A DNA stretch of 64,000 bases from Microgenomates group bacterium Gr01-1014_7 (GTDB lineage: Bacteria > Patescibacteriota > Microgenomatia > Daviesbacterales > UBA10151), in contig VMGD01000002.1 of NCBI GenBank assembly GCA_007376405.1, positions 8,159-72,158 of the forward strand, written 5' to 3'. Numbering within the stretch: the first letter of the stretch is position 1; each line of letters opens with the position of its first letter. A program made the translations under genes and the position numbers. Below are positions 36,962 through 46,128 of this stretch, piece after piece. Below the pieces are notes generated by a model that made no database searches, had not been told where the DNA came from, and saw only the letters and a list, made by a program, of their open reading frames with translations.

Positions 36962-37330
36962 ATGAAAATTCAATCATTTACGGATTTGAATGCATGGAGA
37001 GAAGGACATCAATTAGTACTAGAAATTTATAAAGTCACTAAACTTTTTCCCATTGAAGAAAGATATGGACTAATTGATCAAATGAGAAGAAGTGCAGTCT
37101 CGATTACAAGTAATACTGCTGAGGGATTTTCCAGGAAAACTAAAAAAGAAAAAGCACAATTTTTCTATATGACTTTGGGATCAATCACAGAATTACAGAA
37201 TCAATTGCTAATCGCACGAGATATTGGGTATCTTAGTAGGGATAAATTTCAAAATATAGCTGAAAAAACTGTTACTGTGAGTAAGTTAATTAATGGTTTA
37301 ATAAAGAGTTCCAAGGCATTTATTATCTAA
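36962..37330 (+). CDS. Four-helix-bundle protein (TIGR02436 / 23S rRNA IVS protein family; Avd-like fold)
   Basis: It is full length at 122 aa. It has the N-terminal F.DL.AWREGHQLVLEIY, the motifs RSAVSITSNTAEG and S..E, and a C-terminal LINGLIKS. Confidence 0.75.
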   Translation: MKIQSFTDLNAWREGHQLVLEIYKVTKLFPIEERYGLIDQMRRSAVSITSNTAEGFSRKTKKEKAQFFYMTLGSITELQNQLLIARDIGYLSRDKFQNIAEKTVTVSKLINGLIKSSKAFII

Positions 37331-37383
37331 ATTATATGAAAAGTGGAATTATACTTACTACATAATACAAGATACATAATACT

Positions 37384-37866
37384 ATGATTAGCATTATTGT
37401 AGCAGTGGCAGGGAAAAAAAGGGTAATAGGAAAAACAGGCGGGATGCCTTGGTATATTCCGGCAGAGTTAAAGAGATTTAAGGAAATTACCATGGGACAT
37501 CCCATTATTATGGGAAGGAAAACCCATGAATCAATTGGTAAAGCTTTACCCGGAAGAACTAATATTATTATTACGCATGATCAGAGTTACTCTGCAGAGG
37601 GATGTATAGTTGTTCATTCTCTAGAGGAAGCTATAAAACAGGCTCAGGGTGAACTCGGCAGTGAAGAAATTTTTGTCATGGGAGGAGGGCAAATATACGA
37701 ACAAGCAATACCTCTGGTTGACAAACTGTATTTAACTTATCTTGATAAAGAAATAGAAGGGGATGTATTTTTTCCTGATTATTCGGAGTTTAAGAAAAAA
37801 GTTTTTGGATCAGACTGGCAGGAACATGAAGGAATGAGATATAAATTCCTGGAGCTTGAAAGATAG
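37384..37866 (+). CDS. folA: Dihydrofolate reductase
   Basis: It begins MISIIVAVAGKKRVIGKTGGMPWYIPAELKRFKEITMGHPIIMGRKTHESIG. Confidence 0.85.
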   Translation: MISIIVAVAGKKRVIGKTGGMPWYIPAELKRFKEITMGHPIIMGRKTHESIGKALPGRTNIIITHDQSYSAEGCIVVHSLEEAIKQAQGELGSEEIFVMGGGQIYEQAIPLVDKLYLTYLDKEIEGDVFFPDYSEFKKKVFGSDWQEHEGMRYKFLELER

Positions 37867-37891
37867 AGAGATTTAACGTACAATCGACCGC

Positions 37892-38755
37892 ATGATTAAA
37901 CTTCCTAGTTTAGAGCAGTTATTAGAGGCAGGTGTTCATTTTGGACACCAGGTTAGACGTGGTCATCCAAGGATGAAGCCATATATTTATGGTGCCCGCG
38001 ATGGTGTGCATATTATTGATCTTACCCAATCTGATAAATTCTTAAAGCAAGCTGTTGAGTTTGTTCAAAGTTTAGGAAAGACGGGAAAAGTCCTACTTTT
38101 TGTTGGAACTAAAAAACAAGCAAGACCAATTATAGAAGAAGCAATTAAAGAGTTAAATGCCCCATACCTTACAGAAAGATGGATTGGCGGATTTTTAACC
38201 AATTTTGAAGAGATTAAGAAAAATATTAAGCTGCTAAAAGATTTTAAAGCTCAAAAGGAAAAGGGAGAGTTATCCAAATATACTAAAAAAGAACAGCTTC
38301 TTTTAGATAGAAAAATGGCTAAGCTGGAGAGAGATTTCAAAGGAGTAATGGAGTTGGAAGCTCTGCCAGATGCAATCTTTGTGGTAGATGCGGTTTCTGA
38401 TAATATAGCAATAAGGGAAGCCAACAGGCTGGGAATTAAAACCGTGGCAATTGCGGATTCAAATTGTAATGTTTCGGAAATAGATTATCCGGTTCCGGGT
38501 AATGATGATGCCATAAAGAGCATTAAGATACTGGTTGGAGCTATAGCTTCTGCCTATGGGGAAGGAAAGAAAGAAGCCCTTCGACAAGCTCAGGGTGAAC
38601 AGGAAAAAGCTGAAAAACTGGCAAAAAAAGAAGAGGTAGATGCATTAAAAAAAGCAGAAGAGGAAGAAATTCCGGAGGAGTTAAAGCAGGAAGTGGCAGT
38701 GGCAGAAGAAATGGTGGAAAAAGCAGCAGTTAAAGATGCCGAAAAGGTGGTGTAG
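37892..38755 (+). CDS. rpsB: 30S ribosomal protein S2
   Basis: It has LLEAGVHFGHQ..RW.P.M, and it has an acidic Lys/Glu-rich C-terminal tail. Confidence 0.9.
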   Translation: MIKLPSLEQLLEAGVHFGHQVRRGHPRMKPYIYGARDGVHIIDLTQSDKFLKQAVEFVQSLGKTGKVLLFVGTKKQARPIIEEAIKELNAPYLTERWIGGFLTNFEEIKKNIKLLKDFKAQKEKGELSKYTKKEQLLLDRKMAKLERDFKGVMELEALPDAIFVVDAVSDNIAIREANRLGIKTVAIADSNCNVSEIDYPVPGNDDAIKSIKILVGAIASAYGEGKKEALRQAQGEQEKAEKLAKKEEVDALKKAEEEEIPEELKQEVAVAEEMVEKAAVKDAEKVV

Positions 38756-39206
38756 AGTGAGCATAGATGATATTAAAACACTAAGAGAACAGACCGGTGC
38801 CGGAATTGCCGATTGCCACGAGGCCCTTAAGTCTTCGAAGGGTAATATGGAAAAAGCCAAAGTTTGGTTAAAACAAAAAGGATTTGAAAAGGGGGCTCAA
38901 AAAGGGGAGAGAAAGGTAAAAGCCGGAATGGTTGAAGTTTATTCCCATAGTGGAAAAGTGGGGGTCTTGGTTGAAGTTTTGTGTGAGACAGATTTCGTGG
39001 CAAGAACAGATGATTTTAAGTCTTTGGCTCATGAACTGGCTTTGCAGATTGCTTCCATGAATCCTTCATCAGTTGAAGAATTACTGGGACAAGAATATAT
39101 AAGAGACAATTCTATGACGGTTGATCAAATAATAAAAGGAGCTATTGGTAAGCTGGGGGAAAATATTCAGGTAGGAAGATTTGAAAGAATAGCATTAGGA
39201 GATTAA
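38736..39206 (+). CDS. tsf: Elongation factor Ts (short form). The true start is probably GTG at 38757
   Basis: It has IKTLREQTGAGIADCHEAL and the TDFVAR motif (CETDFVARTDDF). Confidence 0.8.
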   Translation: MPKRWCRVSIDDIKTLREQTGAGIADCHEALKSSKGNMEKAKVWLKQKGFEKGAQKGERKVKAGMVEVYSHSGKVGVLVEVLCETDFVARTDDFKSLAHELALQIASMNPSSVEELLGQEYIRDNSMTVDQIIKGAIGKLGENIQVGRFERIALGD

Positions 39207-39760
39207 TGGATCCAGTATTAACTGAACCAAATCAAAAGATTGAAGATGCGCTGCAGCATCTTAAAATGGAACTGGCCGGGATCAGAGCCGGCAGGGCCAA
39301 TCCTTCTTTAATTGAAAATATTCCTGTTGAGGCTTATGGATCCAGAATGAAAATGGTGGAAGTGGGCAATATTTCCGCGCCCCAAGCTACTCTTTTAACA
39401 ATTCAGGTCTGGGATGCATCTATTTTGCAAAATGTGATCAAAGCCATCCAGGAGGCAAATTTAGGACTTAATCCTTCAAATGAAGGGAATTTGATCCGTT
39501 TGTCAATTCCGCCCCTGACATCTGAACGTAGAGAAGAGTTTATAAAACTTTTACATCAAAAAATGGAGGAAACAAGGGTGGTAGTTAGACAAATTAGGCA
39601 GGACTTTAGAAATGCCTGGAAAAGCGCACAGGATAGTGGAGAATTTGGGGAAGATGAGTTTTTCAGAAGAGAAAAAATGCTGCAGGAGCTGGTGGATAAG
39701 AAGATAGCTGAGATAGATAATTTAGGTAAGGCTAAAGAAGAAGAACTAAAAGAAATTTAA
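39206..39760 (+). CDS. frr: Ribosome recycling factor
   Basis: RRF shows a three-helix bundle pattern, with LKMELAGIRAGRANPSLIENIPVEAYG. Confidence 0.9.
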   Translation: MDPVLTEPNQKIEDALQHLKMELAGIRAGRANPSLIENIPVEAYGSRMKMVEVGNISAPQATLLTIQVWDASILQNVIKAIQEANLGLNPSNEGNLIRLSIPPLTSERREEFIKLLHQKMEETRVVVRQIRQDFRNAWKSAQDSGEFGEDEFFRREKMLQELVDKKIAEIDNLGKAKEEELKEI

Positions 39761-40848
39761 TGTTTTTTTCAATTCTAATTTTTATTTTTACACTACTTGT
39801 TTTAGTTATCATCCATGAACTGGGGCACTTTCTCGTGGCCAAAAGATTTGGAATAAAAGTTTTAGAATTCGGATTTGGAATTCCTCCAAGGGTCTGGGGT
39901 AAAAAAATAGGGGAAACACTATATTCGCTAAATCTCTTGCCTATTGGTGGATTTGTCAGGTTATTGGGAGAAGATGAAGTAGATAAGAATGTTTTAAAAG
40001 ATAAGAATTCTTTTGCTGCCGCAGCAGTTCACAAAAGAATTTTAGTGGTTATTGCAGGTGTGGTAATGAATTTACTACTTGCGTGGGTCATTTTTTATAC
40101 TGTAATTATTTACCAAAATTTCAGAGTGATTTATCCCACAATTGAGCCGGCTGTTTTTGTTGGACTGGTCCAAAAGGATTTTCCCGCAGAGATAGCAGGA
40201 ATAAAAGTAGGCGATAGAATTTTAAAGGTAGATGAAAAAGAGATTAAAAAATTTGATGATGCCAGAAATTTTATTAAAGAAAAAAACGGGCAACAGGTAA
40301 GCTTAACTCTGACGGATATTGACGATAAAACAGAAAGAAAGATAACAGTTACCCCCAAAAAAGTTGATGACGGTAACTTCCTGATAGGCGTCGGATTTTC
40401 TCCTTTAGCCATTAAACAGTATACAACCCTTGGTGAGAAAATTTTTTCCGGGATAACCTATTCCTGGGATTTGACCAAAGTTACTTTTGCAGGCTTGGGA
40501 AAATTGGGAGCTGATTTGGGCTCCGGAAATCTAAAAAGAGCTTCGGAATCTGTTAGCGGACCGGTTGGTCTTGCAGGAATTAGCAATAATATTTTAAGTG
40601 AAGGCCCGGGGGCTTTTTCATTTTATCTTTGGTTTGTTGGAGTAATATCCTTAACTTTAACTATTTTTAATGTTTTACCAATTCCTGCTTTGGATGGAGG
40701 AAGGTTACTGTTTTTAGTGATTGAGGCAGTAAGCAGAAAAAAGGTAAGAGAGGATATTGAAAGGATGGTTCACCAAATAGGCTTTGCAGTTTTACTGGCT
40801 TTAGCATTTTTAATTACATATTCCGACATCCGCAAAATCTTTTCATAA
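39760..40848 (+). CDS. rseP: RseP-like site-2 protease (M50, with PDZ domain)
   Basis: HELGHFLVAKRFGIKV (HExxH) sits in TM1. A PDZ-like region carries GIKVGDRILKVD. A C-terminal LDGG motif is present. Confidence 0.8.
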   Translation: MFFSILIFIFTLLVLVIIHELGHFLVAKRFGIKVLEFGFGIPPRVWGKKIGETLYSLNLLPIGGFVRLLGEDEVDKNVLKDKNSFAAAAVHKRILVVIAGVVMNLLLAWVIFYTVIIYQNFRVIYPTIEPAVFVGLVQKDFPAEIAGIKVGDRILKVDEKEIKKFDDARNFIKEKNGQQVSLTLTDIDDKTERKITVTPKKVDDGNFLIGVGFSPLAIKQYTTLGEKIFSGITYSWDLTKVTFAGLGKLGADLGSGNLKRASESVSGPVGLAGISNNILSEGPGAFSFYLWFVGVISLTLTIFNVLPIPALDGGRLLFLVIEAVSRKKVREDIERMVHQIGFAVLLALAFLITYSDIRKIFS

Positions 40849-40897
40849 GTTAATGTAATCTTGCAAAAGTAATGTAATATGGTATAATTAATGTAAT

Positions 40898-41143
40898 ATG
40901 ACATATTTAGTTTCTGTGACATCACAAGGGCAAATCAGTATTCCGGCCAGATTCCGAAGAGAATTAGGCTTGGAAAAAACTAAAAAAGTTGTTGTTTCAA
41001 AGGAAGGTAACAAATTAAGCATAGAGGCAGCTGATGATTTATTGTCTTTGGGTGGTATATTTAAAACAAATAAGAAAATTCCATTTAAGAAGATACGCCA
41101 AGGTTTTGAAGAATATTTAGCTAAAGAGGCTACTGGTGTCTAA
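40898..41143 (+). CDS. AbrB/SpoVT-type antitoxin
   Basis: It has a swapped-hairpin motif (QGQISIPARFRRELGL) and overlaps the PIN gene by 8 nt. Confidence 0.6.
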   Translation: MTYLVSVTSQGQISIPARFRRELGLEKTKKVVVSKEGNKLSIEAADDLLSLGGIFKTNKKIPFKKIRQGFEEYLAKEATGV

Positions 41144-41540
41144 AATGAAAGTATTAGTTTTAGACACTAATACTTTACTACGCTTCTTATTAGATGATGT
41201 TCTCTCTCAGACTAAAGAAATCAGAAAGAAAATAGAACTGGCAAAGTTAGGTAAAATAAAATTAGTTGTACCCCAGATTGTCGTATTTGAGATTGTTTAC
41301 GCTCTCACAAAAGAGTATGGTTTTAAGATTGAAGAGGTGATAGGAGTTTTAAGAAGACTATTAATTAACAAAGATTTACAGATTCAGGATGAGGATATAT
41401 TTGAACAGACCTTAAGAATTTTTTCCAAGAAATTGAGTTTAGCTGACTGTTTTATCTATTTCTTTGCCAAGAAAAATAACGCAGAACTTTTTACCTTTGA
41501 TAAAAATTTGCAAAAAGCTTTTAGAGCTACTAGCCTCTAA
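41136..41540 (+). CDS. vapC: PIN-domain toxin VapC
   Basis: It has VLVLDTNTLLRFL and a C-terminal TFDKNL. Confidence 0.7.
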   Translation: MSKMKVLVLDTNTLLRFLLDDVLSQTKEIRKKIELAKLGKIKLVVPQIVVFEIVYALTKEYGFKIEEVIGVLRRLLINKDLQIQDEDIFEQTLRIFSKKLSLADCFIYFFAKKNNAELFTFDKNLQKAFRATSL

Positions 41541-41565
41541 TACCTCTGTGTAGTATGATGGAAAC

Positions 41566-43281
41566 ATGAAATATTCAAGACTGTTTGGGAAAACTATTAA
41601 AGATACGCCAAAAGATGCCAGTTTAATTTCCCATAAACTGCTTTATAAGGCAGGATATATTAGAGAATCTACAGCCGGCAGGTATTATCTTTTGCCTTTA
41701 GGCTTGCGGGTCCAGCAAAAAATCCAGGCAATTATTAAGCAGGAATTGGATAAGGCCGGAGCCCAGGAAATAATTACCCCAATACTTCACCCCAAAGCTC
41801 TATGGGAAGAAACAAACAGGACCAGCTCGGTAGGTTTTGAGCTAATGACTATTAAAGATAGAAACGAAATGGAGTTTGTTTTAGGTGGTACGGCAGAAGA
41901 GATGATAGTAGATTTAGTTCGAAAATTTCAGCTAAGTTATAAAAATTTACCCTTTCACATTTATCAATTCTCAACCAAATTCAGAGATGAACTGCGCGCC
42001 CGGGGCGGGTTATTGCGACTGCGTGAGTTTTTAATGAAAGACGGCTATTCTTTCCACGACTCAGAGGAGGATTTTAAAAGGGAATATCAAAACATGATGG
42101 ATACTTACACCAAAATATTTGAAAGGGTGGGATTAACCCCCCAAATTGTAGAGGCAGACAATGGGTATATTGGCGGGGAATACTCTCATGAATTTGTGGT
42201 GGAATCGGATGCCGGAGAGAGTAGGTACTTTACCGATGGAGAATACTTTGCGCATGAGGATATAGCCAGCTTTACCCTGGATAACGCGAGCAGTGATGAA
42301 GAGATGAAGGGAGTGGAGGATGTTGAGGGTAAAGGCATTATCGGAGTTGAGGGACTTGCAGAGTATCTTAAGATTCCTGTTGAAAAAACAACAAAGACAA
42401 TTTTATTTGAAACAGATACGGGCAGAATAATTGCCGCGGCTGTCAGAGGCGGATTTGATATTAATGAGGAAAAACTTGTAAAAATTGTAGGTTGTAGATT
42501 ATTAAAACTTGCTTCAGCAGAGGTAGTTAAGAAAATAACTGGTGCAAAAGTTGGATATGCGGGAGTATTGAACTTGCCCAAAGAAGTAAAGATATATTTT
42601 GATGAGTCTTGCGCTAACAGGCGGAATTTTGAAACAGGGGCAAACAGGACAAATTTTCATACTATTAATGTTAATTTTGGACGCGATCTGCCCCAGCCCG
42701 AACAGTTTTATGATTTCAAAATTGCTAAAGAAGGATTTATCGGTCCAAACGGCCAAAAACTGGTTGCTAAAAAGGGAATTGAAGTAGGTAATATTTTCCA
42801 GCTGGGTTTTCATTATTCTTCAAAAATGAAAGGGGCGCAGTTTATAGATGCTGACGGAAAAAAGAAACCTTATTATATGGGCTGTTATGGAATTGGTCTT
42901 GCCAGAACTTTGGCAGCTATAGTTGAGGTCAGTAATGATGATAAGGGGATAATTTGGCCGGAGGCTGTTGCACCTTTCATGGTTCATATAGTAGGTCTTG
43001 ATATGGATGATTCTTCAGTGAAGAATGAAGCGGAAAGAGTATACAAGCTTTTACAGGCAGAAGGAATAGAAGTTTTATTTGATGATAGAAGCGGGGTTTC
43101 TGCAGGAGAAAAATTTGCCGACGCCGATTTAATTGGCATTCCATACAGGGTGGTTATTTCTAAAAAAACCCATTCGACAAGCTCAGGGCAAGCAAAAGAT
43201 AAATTAGAAGTTAAAAAAAGAAATGAAAAAGAAACTAAGTTTTTAACTTTTGAAGAACTACTAAAAATAATTCAAAGTTAG
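41566..43281 (+). CDS. proS: Prolyl-tRNA synthetase (bacterial-type with editing insertion)
   Basis: Class II motifs are present: RPRGGLLRLREF-like (ELRARGGLLRLREF) and GCYGIGLAR. It has a C-terminal anticodon-binding domain. Confidence 0.9.
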   Translation: MKYSRLFGKTIKDTPKDASLISHKLLYKAGYIRESTAGRYYLLPLGLRVQQKIQAIIKQELDKAGAQEIITPILHPKALWEETNRTSSVGFELMTIKDRNEMEFVLGGTAEEMIVDLVRKFQLSYKNLPFHIYQFSTKFRDELRARGGLLRLREFLMKDGYSFHDSEEDFKREYQNMMDTYTKIFERVGLTPQIVEADNGYIGGEYSHEFVVESDAGESRYFTDGEYFAHEDIASFTLDNASSDEEMKGVEDVEGKGIIGVEGLAEYLKIPVEKTTKTILFETDTGRIIAAAVRGGFDINEEKLVKIVGCRLLKLASAEVVKKITGAKVGYAGVLNLPKEVKIYFDESCANRRNFETGANRTNFHTINVNFGRDLPQPEQFYDFKIAKEGFIGPNGQKLVAKKGIEVGNIFQLGFHYSSKMKGAQFIDADGKKKPYYMGCYGIGLARTLAAIVEVSNDDKGIIWPEAVAPFMVHIVGLDMDDSSVKNEAERVYKLLQAEGIEVLFDDRSGVSAGEKFADADLIGIPYRVVISKKTHSTSSGQAKDKLEVKKRNEKETKFLTFEELLKIIQS

Positions 43282-43826
43282 GGAGCTACAGCTGATAAGG
43301 GTCTACAGATTGGGTAAAGTCCATCTACATAAGGGACATTTTTTATATGGCTACGCTGATACCAGACTTTAAGTTCCACACCTTCGAGTCTTTCTTGCGA
43401 TTTGGTATATGCATGTACCCGTAATGTTCTTTCCGGATCTGGAGTAATTGGTTGATTTCCGGCAGAAAGGACTAACCTTAAGGATCGTCTTTGGCGGGTT
43501 CCAATCCATGCATATTTAAAATCCTTTAAATCCACTGTATCAACTATAACTATGCTCGGTGAGGCTTCAAGGTCAATCCAAAAATGTCCCAATAAACCAT
43601 GATGTCTTGTGTACTCTCTTACTTGTTTACTTGTGGGTACTAATAAATGTGCCTTATTAATAGCACCTTCTCCATATTGAGAATTATAGGCAGCAACCAG
43701 TCCTGCTCTTGCCTCTGTTATCATATAAGAACGAATAATAGTGATTATAGGTTGTTTTGTCAAATCTAATCTTAAATGAAACTTGACAAGGTGTATAAAA
43801 AGTGTATACTTAGTATATATGAACAC
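43278..43826 (-). CDS. Hypothetical protein (Arg/His-rich). It is compositionally distinct from its neighbours
   Basis: ORF only. The GC content is higher than the surroundings. The real start is possibly the internal Met MITEARAGL. Confidence 0.35.
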   Translation of the reverse strand: MFIYTKYTLFIHLVKFHLRLDLTKQPIITIIRSYMITEARAGLVAAYNSQYGEGAINKAHLLVPTSKQVREYTRHHGLLGHFWIDLEASPSIVIVDTVDLKDFKYAWIGTRQRRSLRLVLSAGNQPITPDPERTLRVHAYTKSQERLEGVELKVWYQRSHIKNVPYVDGLYPICRPLSAVAP

Positions 43827-44130
43827 TGCTGTAATAAATATTAAAATTGAACCGAAGATTAAAAGGCAGGCCCAGACTGCGGCGGAGGAAATGGGTATTA
43901 GTTTAAGTTCCCTGATTAACGGGTTTTTAAAACAGATTATTAAAACAAAAACTTTTACTTTTAGAGCCGCGGAAGAGCCTTCGGAGTATTTTATTCAGTC
44001 AATGAAAGAGGTTGAAGAAGAAATCAAAAATGGCTGGGTTTCTCCTACTTTTGATAACTCCGAGGATGCCATAGCCTGGTTGCATGATCCAAAGGCTAAG
44101 TATGCAAATCAACTTCGCAAAAAAGTTTAA
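43819..44130 (+). CDS. dinJ: RelB/DinJ-family antitoxin
   Basis: The N-terminal RHH-like INIKIEPKIKRQAQTAAEEMGISLSSLINGFLKQI is typical of DinJ/RelB. Confidence 0.6.
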   Translation: MNTAVINIKIEPKIKRQAQTAAEEMGISLSSLINGFLKQIIKTKTFTFRAAEEPSEYFIQSMKEVEEEIKNGWVSPTFDNSEDAIAWLHDPKAKYANQLRKKV

Positions 44131-44374
44131 AAAACGCTACGATAAGGCCGATGTTAAGATAAGAACAGCATTTGACAAGAGATTTGCAATTTTTCTACAA
44201 GACCCGTTTTATTCTCTGCTTAATAATCATGCATTAACAGGCAAATATGCCGGATCACGCAGCATTGATGTGACAGGTGACTGGAGAGCTATTTTTTCGG
44301 AACATATGGATGAAAAAGATAACAAAGTGATTATTTTTGAACTTCTGGGGACCCACAGCGAGTTGTACAAATAA
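44084..44374 (+). CDS. yafQ: YafQ/RelE-type mRNA interferase toxin
   Basis: LTGKYAGSRSIDVTGDWRAIFSE...IIFELLGTHSELYK matches the YafQ pattern (L.G.y.g.recHI.pDwlLIY....l.L.RTGtHsdLF). Confidence 0.65.
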   Translation: MIQRLSMQINFAKKFKKRYDKADVKIRTAFDKRFAIFLQDPFYSLLNNHALTGKYAGSRSIDVTGDWRAIFSEHMDEKDNKVIIFELLGTHSELYK

Positions 44375-44409
44375 GAGCTATAAAAACCCTGGGAGGGTAA
44401 TGAGTAAAT

Positions 44410-46083
44410 TTACCTTTGTGAACGTTCTAAATATCTATTAGCAATATCATCAGTAACTTGTAAAAGGTTTACTCTTTCAGGATGAGCATCCATCTCATCA
44501 AGAATAGCCATTATATCCTCTTTTACTTCGTCTATAATTAGTCTGTTTAATTTATCAGGATCATATTTTAAGAAGTTACCTTGTATTCCACAACCAGTAA
44601 AACGTATAACCTGTAGGATTAAAAATGGAATAGCAGAATCTGGAACCGTTTCATACACAGGTTTTTTGCCAAGTGCTGATAGAGTTTGAAATAACTTCTC
44701 TTTTGTCCACCTGGCAAGATATCTTCTAACATCATCACTTCCTATATCAGGTATATCAGCAGCTGATCTTGTTTCAGAAAAGAAATTTGGTGTTGGTCTG
44801 GAGGGTTGGTAAATTCTGGGTTGAGGTTCTGGAGTGGAAGACGGTCTTGTGGAGATTTGTCCAGGTTGACTTTGAATTGTACCACTGACTCTATCGGTTG
44901 TAGAAGCTACTTTTAGTTCCTTGATTTGGTTTTCTAATGCTTGAACCATTTTAGCCAGCACATCTCTTTCTGAAGCAACCTGATCCAGTTGTATTTTTAA
45001 ATTATCTCTTTCATCTTCTGCTCCTTGAGCTCTGGCAATAGCTTCAGCCAGTTGAACTGTCAAACTATTCACTTCAAGCCTTGCAGGTTTTCTTATATTC
45101 CTTCTGCCGTATACCAGTTCCACTTCTTCAGTTCTCCACGTACCTGATTCAAAAATAGCTCTGATTTCATCTGGAGTTTGTACGCCTCTTCTTACAACTA
45201 CAGATACAAGCTGTTTTGTGTCATCAACGGTTAAACTCTCTTTCAAGATAGCTTCTGCTAAAGTATTTTGTAGATCATATCTATGACAAAGAGTAGGGGG
45301 TCTGGATATATTAGCTAAATGTTCGCCTGTTAAAGCTGTCAAGTGGTTTCCGCTTTTTCTTTCTCTAACGCTTTTTACCAATTCAGGATCGGCAACATCT
45401 GCTATCTTAAGCATAACATAGGCGATATTTGCACCAATGCTACATCCAGAGCAGCTCTGATCAACCCAGTCTCTAACTTCTAGAACTTGAGTAGGTGTAA
45501 GGTGTAAATTTTTGCCTGTTGAGCGTTTGGAATATCTAAGTATAAAAGCTTGTGTAACTGTCATGCCTAAGTCGATCCAAGGAGTTAATTCCCAGCTATC
45601 ATGCAAGTACTGAACCATTCTGGGAAATCTGACAGAAGGATGATCTTTTGTGGCTGAAATTCGGTACTTAACTATTTCTTGGCGCGTGCAATCGGGTTTT
45701 ATTGCCGCATAAGCAAATTGCTCATTCTTCCCTCTTAATATTTCCAGTCTATGAAGTCCATCTGTAGGATCAAGCAGCGGGTGACCTCGCACTTCGCCTA
45801 ATGTAATTTCAGATGCTTGGCCTGTTGTATATGTATTCGGGTTTGCCTGTCTTGTTTCGTCTTTTGCCTCATCAAATAGATTGGAAAGAGAATCAATGTG
45901 ATTATGATCCACTGGCAGTTTGGGATCGTCAATCAAATCTAAAGGGACATATCCATCATAAAATGGAAGTCGGGCATGAACCAATAAAATTCGTCTATCA
46001 TTAAGAATGGAATCAGAAGGAAAAGTTGGGCGAGGATCTAATGTAGCAATAGAAGTATAGAAATCTAATTCAGCAATTGCCAT
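44410..46083 (-). CDS. Large hypothetical protein with a possible ParB/Srx-like (DGxHR) N-terminal domain and a central coiled coil
   Basis: The motif LLDPTDGLHRLEILRG is present. A coiled coil runs LAEAIARAQGAEDERDNLKIQLDQVASERDVLAKMVQALENQIKELK. It has higher GC and Arg content than flanking genes. Confidence 0.45.
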   Translation of the reverse strand: MAIAELDFYTSIATLDPRPTFPSDSILNDRRILLVHARLPFYDGYVPLDLIDDPKLPVDHNHIDSLSNLFDEAKDETRQANPNTYTTGQASEITLGEVRGHPLLDPTDGLHRLEILRGKNEQFAYAAIKPDCTRQEIVKYRISATKDHPSVRFPRMVQYLHDSWELTPWIDLGMTVTQAFILRYSKRSTGKNLHLTPTQVLEVRDWVDQSCSGCSIGANIAYVMLKIADVADPELVKSVRERKSGNHLTALTGEHLANISRPPTLCHRYDLQNTLAEAILKESLTVDDTKQLVSVVVRRGVQTPDEIRAIFESGTWRTEEVELVYGRRNIRKPARLEVNSLTVQLAEAIARAQGAEDERDNLKIQLDQVASERDVLAKMVQALENQIKELKVASTTDRVSGTIQSQPGQISTRPSSTPEPQPRIYQPSRPTPNFFSETRSAADIPDIGSDDVRRYLARWTKEKLFQTLSALGKKPVYETVPDSAIPFLILQVIRFTGCGIQGNFLKYDPDKLNRLIIDEVKEDIMAILDEMDAHPERVNLLQVTDDIANRYLERSQR

Positions 46084-46128
46084 TAATTAGATTATATATT
46101 GAATTGTCAAATATTGTAGAATAATGCT

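Noticed and set aside
42186-42813. Antisense ORFs inside proS.
   Set aside because: They sit opposite a well-supported aminoacyl-tRNA synthetase gene and are spurious.
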